A stretch of 64,000 bases of DNA, taken from NCBI RefSeq assembly GCF_016278365.1, contig NZ_JADQBZ010000011.1, positions 78,469 through 142,468 of the forward strand. The letters run 5' to 3'. Source of the DNA: Methanolobus sp. (GTDB lineage Archaea; Halobacteriota; Methanosarcinia; Methanosarcinales; Methanosarcinaceae). The position numbers were made by a program, and so were the translations under genes. Positions 59,143 to 64,000 of the stretch are shown piece by piece. The notes beneath the pieces were generated by a model. It was given only the letters and a program-made list of their open reading frames with translations, made no database searches and was not told where the DNA came from. Each line of letters starts with the position of its first letter. Within the stretch, counting starts at the first letter, position 1.

Positions 59143-60624
59143 ATGTTCAAGAAAGTACTTGTCGCAAACCGTGGCGAAATAGCCATCAGGGCCATGCGTG
59201 CCTGCAGGGAGCTGGGAGTAGTAACAGTAGCAGTATACTCGGAAGCTGACAGGAACGCTCTTTTTGCAATGTATGCAGACGAGGCATACTATATCGGCCC
59301 TGCACCTTCAAGCCAGAGCTACCTGAACATGGACAGGATAATTGAAGTAGCCCTGGAATGTGGAGCAGATGGGATTCACCCAGGCTATGGGTTCCTTTCA
59401 GAGAACAGCGTGTTTGCAAAAAAGTGCGAAGATGCAGGCATCGTATTCATCGGCCCTCCCAGCCATGCCATCGAGCAGATGGGAAGTAAGATAGCAGCAA
59501 GGAACGCCATGGTTAAGGCCGGCGTTCCCGTGGTACCAGGCACCAATAAGGCGGTTGCCAATGAAGAAGAAGCTATAGAAATAGCTAACTCTATAGGGTA
59601 TCCTGTGATCATTAAAGCGTCCGCCGGAGGAGGCGGGATCGGCATGAAGATAGTCCACTCCAGTGACGGATTCAAAAACGCACTCCAATCCATCCAGTCT
59701 GTGGCTGCGTCTGCCTTCGGGGACCCGACCGTATTCATAGAGAAATACGTTGAAGAACCACGACACATAGAGTTCCAGATACTTGCGGACAAATATGGAA
59801 ATGCCGTTTATGCTATGGAAAGGGAATGTTCCATCCAGCGCAGACACCAGAAACTCATAGAAGAGGCCCCTTCGCCCGTAATGACACCTGAACTGCGTAA
59901 ACAGATGGGAGAGACTGCCGTCAGGGCCGCAAAGGCAATAGGTTATGAGAATGCAGGGACCGTCGAGTTTCTTTACTCCAAAGGTAATTTCTATTTCCTG
60001 GAAATGAATACCAGATTACAGGTCGAGCACACTATAACTGAAATGATAACAGGTATTGATCTTGCAAAACAGCAGCTGCGCATTGCATGCGGAGAAAAAC
60101 TGGCTTTTGAGCAGGAAGATATATCCATACACGGATGGGCCATCGAGTGCCGTATTAATGCGGAAGATCCGCTTAACGATTTTGCACCTTCACCCGGCAA
60201 GATAAAGAGATACCGCTCAGCCGGAGGGCCTGGTATACGCGTGGACAGCGGAGTGCACATGGGATATACAATATCTCCTTACTATGATTCCATGATCTCA
60301 AAACTGTCCGCATGGGGACAGACCCGGGAAGAGGCAATAGACCGAATGAAGCGGGCACTCTATGAATATGTAGTTGTTGGCGTGACCACAAATATCCCCT
60401 TCCACAAGGCGGTACTACGCAACCCGGCGTTCCGTGAAGGCAAACTTACAACACATTTTATTGATGATTATAAGATCATTGAAGATGTAAAAAGGGTAGT
60501 TATTGAAGATTCTGCAAAGGGAGCAACTCTGGCATCAGCACTTGAGAACAAGGAGCAGAAAATTGCGGCTATCACTGCAGCAGTAGGCTCCTACATGAGC
60601 AACGCCCAAAAGCAGACGAAATAA
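59143..60624 (+). CDS. pycA: pyruvate carboxylase subunit A (biotin carboxylase)
   Basis: It begins [16 protein letters not shown]. The ATP-grasp motif GGGGIGM and the [10 protein letters not shown] motif are present. Confidence 0.9.
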   Translation: MFKKVLVANRGEIAIRAMRACRELGVVTVAVYSEADRNALFAMYADEAYYIGPAPSSQSYLNMDRIIEVALECGADGIHPGYGFLSENSVFAKKCEDAGIVFIGPPSHAIEQMGSKIAARNAMVKAGVPVVPGTNKAVANEEEAIEIANSIGYPVIIKASAGGGGIGMKIVHSSDGFKNALQSIQSVAASAFGDPTVFIEKYVEEPRHIEFQILADKYGNAVYAMERECSIQRRHQKLIEEAPSPVMTPELRKQMGETAVRAAKAIGYENAGTVEFLYSKGNFYFLEMNTRLQVEHTITEMITGIDLAKQQLRIACGEKLAFEQEDISIHGWAIECRINAEDPLNDFAPSPGKIKRYRSAGGPGIRVDSGVHMGYTISPYYDSMISKLSAWGQTREEAIDRMKRALYEYVVVGVTTNIPFHKAVLRNPAFREGKLTTHFIDDYKIIEDVKRVVIEDSAKGATLASALENKEQKIAAITAAVGSYMSNAQKQTK

Positions 60625-60679
60625 TTAAACCTGTGAGTATGATATACAATAGTGAACTAATATTCACTGGTGAGTATCT

Positions 60680-61654
60680 GTGAATGACAACAAAATCGAA
60701 ATAATCAGGATACTTAAAGCTGCGGGAAATAAGGCAGTGTCGGGGCAGGAGATTGGGGCAAAACTCGGGATCACAAGGGCAATGGTCTGGAAGTATGTCA
60801 GGGACATTAAAAAAGAAGGATACGATATCCAGTCCTCTCCAAAGATCGGATATACGCTCCTATCCACCCCGGACATGCTTTATCCTGAGCAGATCAAGAT
60901 AGGGCTCGAAACAGGTCTTTTCGGAAAAGAGATCCTGTATTACGATGAAGTCGAGTCCACGAACAGCATCGCAAAGGATATCGCAGCCAGATATCCCGAA
61001 GGAACTATAGTTATTGCAGAAACACAGAAAAAAGGTCGTGGCCGTCTGGGCAGCGAGTGGCAGTCTACTCCCGGAGGTATCTGGTTCTCCCTCATCCTGA
61101 AGCCATCCATACCTCTTGAATATACCCCAAGGATCACATTGGTGGCGGGCCTTGCTGTTACCAAAACACTACGCAGGCTGGGAGTTGATGCCCGTATAAA
61201 ATGGCCAAATGACGTACTCATCAATGGGAAAAAGGTCTGCGGCATACTTACCGAAGTGGATGCGGAAGTAGAAAAGGTTGACTATCTGGTAGTGGGAATA
61301 GGCATCAATGCAAATGTGAAACTGAAGGATTTCAGGGAAGATGTCAAAGAAAGTTCTACAAGTCTTGAGACTGAGCTTGGAAAGCCTGTCAACAGGATAG
61401 AACTGATCAAAGACCTGCTTTATGAACTCGAGCAGCAGTACATAAAATTCAAAACCCAGCAATTCTCGAACATTGTCAGTGAATGGATAGCCCTTTCTGA
61501 TACGATAGGGAAGGAGATAACGGTTACCACTCCCATGAAGATCATCGAAGGAAAGGCAGTGGGTATTACTGATAAGGGAGCGCTGCTTGTAAAAACCAAA
61601 AACAATGCAAGGGAAGAAGTGATTGCCGGGCGCTGCAGGTATGCAAAGACATGA
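60680..61654 (+). CDS. birA: bifunctional biotin-[acetyl-CoA-carboxylase] ligase / biotin operon repressor BirA
   Basis: It has an N-terminal wHTH (ILKAAGNKAVSGQEIGAKLGITRAMVWKYV), the GRGRLGSEW motif and KWPNDV. It starts at a GTG. Confidence 0.9.
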   Translation: MNDNKIEIIRILKAAGNKAVSGQEIGAKLGITRAMVWKYVRDIKKEGYDIQSSPKIGYTLLSTPDMLYPEQIKIGLETGLFGKEILYYDEVESTNSIAKDIAARYPEGTIVIAETQKKGRGRLGSEWQSTPGGIWFSLILKPSIPLEYTPRITLVAGLAVTKTLRRLGVDARIKWPNDVLINGKKVCGILTEVDAEVEKVDYLVVGIGINANVKLKDFREDVKESSTSLETELGKPVNRIELIKDLLYELEQQYIKFKTQQFSNIVSEWIALSDTIGKEITVTTPMKIIEGKAVGITDKGALLVKTKNNAREEVIAGRCRYAKT

Positions 61655-62255
61655 AACATTAATATGGCCGGTGTCCAGAGGACCTGCAACTAAACTCCTG
61701 ATAGCTCTGCTTCTGCTATGCAGCTCATTATTGCCCGTTGCATCAGGATCACAGGATACAGTCCTGATGGACGGGACAGGAATATTCCTCACTACAGGCG
61801 AACCATGGACATTTGAACAAGGATATACCCTTACCGTAAAAAGCGTTAATCAGGGAACCAATGAAGTCTGGCTGGAACTATCACTTAACGAGAACATTCT
61901 GCGTGAAGGCATATTCCGTGAGAAGGATACTCTGGTTTATTCCCGCGAAGAAGAGGTTCTAAATATTACTGTGGACACAGTATATTCAAGCCCCACAGGT
62001 GAACTGGTCACGTTCATGCCTGTTTACCAGTACCTCGATCCACAGCTTTCTGCACCTGAAGCTCAGGATAACGGACAGGACGGGCAATCCGGGGAACATG
62101 GTTCCCAGACACCAGTTGAAGAAGATGATATTTTCTCCACGCCAGGATTTGGCATTTTGTGGGCGCTTGCCGGAGTTATATTTGCAGGATTTGCAGATAT
62201 TGTTCCCGCAGAAAAAATAAATAAAAAAATAAATAGAATTAAAAAAAGGGCTTAG
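61641..62255 (+). CDS. small secreted protein with signal peptide, acidic linker and PGF-CTERM-like C-terminal anchor
   Basis: The signal-like N-terminus is KLLIALLLLCSSLLPVASG. A ~110-aa domain follows, then an acidic/Gly/Gln linker, then TPGFGILWALAGVIFAGF and a Lys-rich tail. Its start overlaps the birA 3' end by 14 nt. Confidence 0.6.
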   Translation: MQRHETLIWPVSRGPATKLLIALLLLCSSLLPVASGSQDTVLMDGTGIFLTTGEPWTFEQGYTLTVKSVNQGTNEVWLELSLNENILREGIFREKDTLVYSREEEVLNITVDTVYSSPTGELVTFMPVYQYLDPQLSAPEAQDNGQDGQSGEHGSQTPVEEDDIFSTPGFGILWALAGVIFAGFADIVPAEKINKKINRIKKRA

Positions 62256-63169
62256 AACTTAAGATTGCCCTTCTCCATGAGAACTTTAAGGTCTTCAAGG
62301 CTCATTCTTGCATTCTTATCAAGCTTTTCCTTTGCCACGACCAGATGTTCTTCCTGCTTTTTCTCATCTTTTTCAAGATGTATATCTTCCAGCTTCCCGA
62401 GGTAGATACCAAGCTCATCCCTGAGGAGTGTCATTTTTGCCTTGATCGGATCGATCCTCTCCCGAAGAGGAGCAGTGACAGCTATCTTTGAGGATATCTC
62501 TGAGTGTGCGAGGTCAGCTTGCTTGCGTAGTTCGTCCACCTGTTTGTAGAGATCGATCATCTCAAGGTGATACTTCTGTGATTGTTCTGCGAGTTGGTGT
62601 ATCTCCCCACCCAGATCATCCCTGGAAGCAAAGACTTCCTTTGAATTCTCATAGGCTTCCACGAGTTTCTTATGAACCTCATTTGCATCAAAAGCCGCAT
62701 CAAGACGTTCTTTCATAAAGACAAGTCTCTCGAAGAGATCTATTTCATGCTTTAGAGGAATATCCGCATTCAAGAAAGTATCAACATCTGCAAAATACGC
62801 CCTTGAAAGGGTTTCAACGCTGCCCTTTGAGAGACTGTTCAGGCTGTCACGCTTGTTCTTAAGATCTGAAATCTCGCCTGAACACTGGCGTTTTTTATCC
62901 TCTACCTCATTCCTCGAGGATTTGAGCGAGGAGATCCGTGCATTTAAAGAGTCCCTCTTTGACTTTGCATCACGAGCTTTTGCAACCAGACCCTTTACCC
63001 TGGAATTGAGTTCATCACGCTTGGCCTTTGTGTCATCCATGTTAGTGCGGTGAAGCTTTAATTGCTTATAGATGGATTTTAATTCACGGTCAAGATGACT
63101 TAGCTCGGTACGAAGCTCATCAGCTTTGTTCTTAAGCTCCTTTTCAGTCATTGTTGAAACGTCAGTCAT
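62252..63169 (-). CDS. archaeal coiled-coil protein (COG1340-like)
   Basis: A 305-aa ORF rich in K/E/L/D/R heptad-like sequence throughout, with no TM helix. Its ATG overlaps the stop of the upstream coiled-coil ORF (ATGA). Confidence 0.65.
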   Translation of the reverse strand: MTDVSTMTEKELKNKADELRTELSHLDRELKSIYKQLKLHRTNMDDTKAKRDELNSRVKGLVAKARDAKSKRDSLNARISSLKSSRNEVEDKKRQCSGEISDLKNKRDSLNSLSKGSVETLSRAYFADVDTFLNADIPLKHEIDLFERLVFMKERLDAAFDANEVHKKLVEAYENSKEVFASRDDLGGEIHQLAEQSQKYHLEMIDLYKQVDELRKQADLAHSEISSKIAVTAPLRERIDPIKAKMTLLRDELGIYLGKLEDIHLEKDEKKQEEHLVVAKEKLDKNARMSLEDLKVLMEKGNLKF

Positions 63170-63849
63170 GCTTTCACCCCTGTTTCTTCTACCGGGCTCA
63201 CTGAGATATTTTCCCAGTAGGCAAGCGCCTCAGTATGACTGCTTATCCTGTTCTCAAGCCATTTACACTTGAGATTTAGTTCACCCAGTTCTTTTTCAAT
63301 GTCCGCCTGGACTTTATCGAAATCCTCTTCAGGATTTTTCAGGAGGGCAAGTTCGGTGTTCGCCGCAACAGCATCGTGTATCCTTGCCCTGAAAGAATCT
63401 ATGGACCCATGGGCTTTGGGAAGCCTTGAGTACATAAGAGAAATGTTCACTAAAATTGGATCTAGCAACTTTCCCTCGTCTTCAGGTGAGAAAGTATTTT
63501 TCACTTTAGGGAATTCCTCAGCTACATTCCTCAATTCCTTTTGAACGGCGATATCATCATCATATGCTGAAACGAATTCATCAAGCAATTTCTCAGCCTG
63601 ATGATAGAATAATTGTCTTTTTTCAGCCAGAACTTCAGTCCGGGTAGTAGCCTGTTCCTTTTTATCTTTATAGGAGGAAATCTGTTCGTCCAATGAACGG
63701 ACTTTTTTACCAATTTCATCGAACTGTACATTATACTCATCTAAAAGCCGTCTATGCTTATCAATCACCTTATTAAGGAGTTCATTCCTTTCATAAGTCC
63801 TGAAAGATGTATTACTGTCATTCTGGTTCTCACCTTCGCTCATAAACAA
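63166..63849 (-). CDS. coiled-coil protein, paired with 62252-63169
   Basis: A 227-aa predicted helical/coiled-coil ORF. Its ATG lies 13 nt after the stop of an upstream partial ORF and follows GGTGAGG. Confidence 0.6.
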   Translation of the reverse strand: MFMSEGENQNDSNTSFRTYERNELLNKVIDKHRRLLDEYNVQFDEIGKKVRSLDEQISSYKDKKEQATTRTEVLAEKRQLFYHQAEKLLDEFVSAYDDDIAVQKELRNVAEEFPKVKNTFSPEDEGKLLDPILVNISLMYSRLPKAHGSIDSFRARIHDAVAANTELALLKNPEEDFDKVQADIEKELGELNLKCKWLENRISSHTEALAYWENISVSPVEETGVKA

Positions 63850-63862
63850 ACCTCACCGGAGT

Positions 63863-64000
63863 CTATACTCTAAATACTTGGGCATGTGCCACACCATCAA
63901 TAATCTTTACAGAAGAGGGATTCACAATACCACACTTTATAGCGCAGGATACGGCCTTCTCACCAAAGAGATTGAGATTACCTGCTTTGGAGATGATCCC
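63863..64000 (-). CDS. 3' end of an unidentified ORF running off the window edge
   Basis: The frame is open from the window edge and reads ...GEKAVSCAIKCGIVNPSSVKIIDGVAHAQVFRV* (45 codons). It sits in an operon-like position ahead of the coiled-coil pair. I recognise no family. Confidence 0.3.
   Translation of the reverse strand, partial: GIISKAGNLNLFGEKAVSCAIKCGIVNPSSVKIIDGVAHAQVFRV

Noticed and set aside
61169-61792. A 207-aa minus-strand ORF overlapping birA and the PGF-CTERM-like gene
   Set aside because: It is antisense to two supported plus-strand genes and shows no motifs.
1-64000. A search by eye for CRISPR arrays, IS elements or transposases, integrases, toxin-antitoxin pairs, restriction-modification or other defence genes
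   Set aside because: None of the ORF translations show the relevant motifs, and I noticed no regularly spaced direct repeats. The window looks like core chromosome.

Overview
This window is a densely coded, housekeeping-dominated chromosomal segment of a methylotrophic methanogen of the Methanosarcinaceae type. That origin is inferred from mtaC/mtaB/mtaA, a RamA-type corrinoid activase, archaeal ribosomal and RNA-polymerase genes, archaeal mevalonate-pathway genes and an intron-containing tRNA. All family calls come from reading the ORF translations and recalling motifs; no searches were run.

Gene blocks in order:
- a sulfide-dependent homocysteine biosynthesis trio (COG1900-CBS, NIL-ferredoxin, COG2122)
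- hsp20, an MFS transporter and an orphan GAF histidine kinase
- serA
- the rpl18e-rpl13-rps9-rpoN-tRNAPro(intron)-rpoK-rps2 cluster
- MEMO-like, mvk, ipk, idi2, RNase J and the GGPP synthase
- ppdK, gar1-tfb, a LysE transporter, trm5 and tRNA-Thr
- three poorly characterised genes and an aminotransferase
- a dtxR-feoA-feoB-X-feoC-like iron operon
- a methanol island: ramA-like, COG0523 GTPase, a long leader, mtaCB, a split hydantoinase-like ATPase and mtaA
- an Lhr helicase with a metallophosphoesterase
- dys and pyrF
- an actin-fold ATPase plus a roughly 600-aa coiled-coil operon
- a CheA-less MCP-CheW-CheR module with a cheW relic
- pycB-pycA-birA
- a PGF-CTERM-like secreted protein
- a second coiled-coil gene pair

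I saw no CRISPR array, transposase, integrase, prophage or recognisable defence genes.

The most promising candidates for undescribed biology are:
- the translationally coupled actin-like ATPase and giant coiled-coil pair, which lies next to a soluble poly-HAMP chemoreceptor module
- the frameshift-split hydantoinase-like ASKHA ATPase embedded between mtaCB and mtaA
- the RamA and COG0523 pair

These are hypotheses, not demonstrated systems. Much of the window is ordinary core genome.
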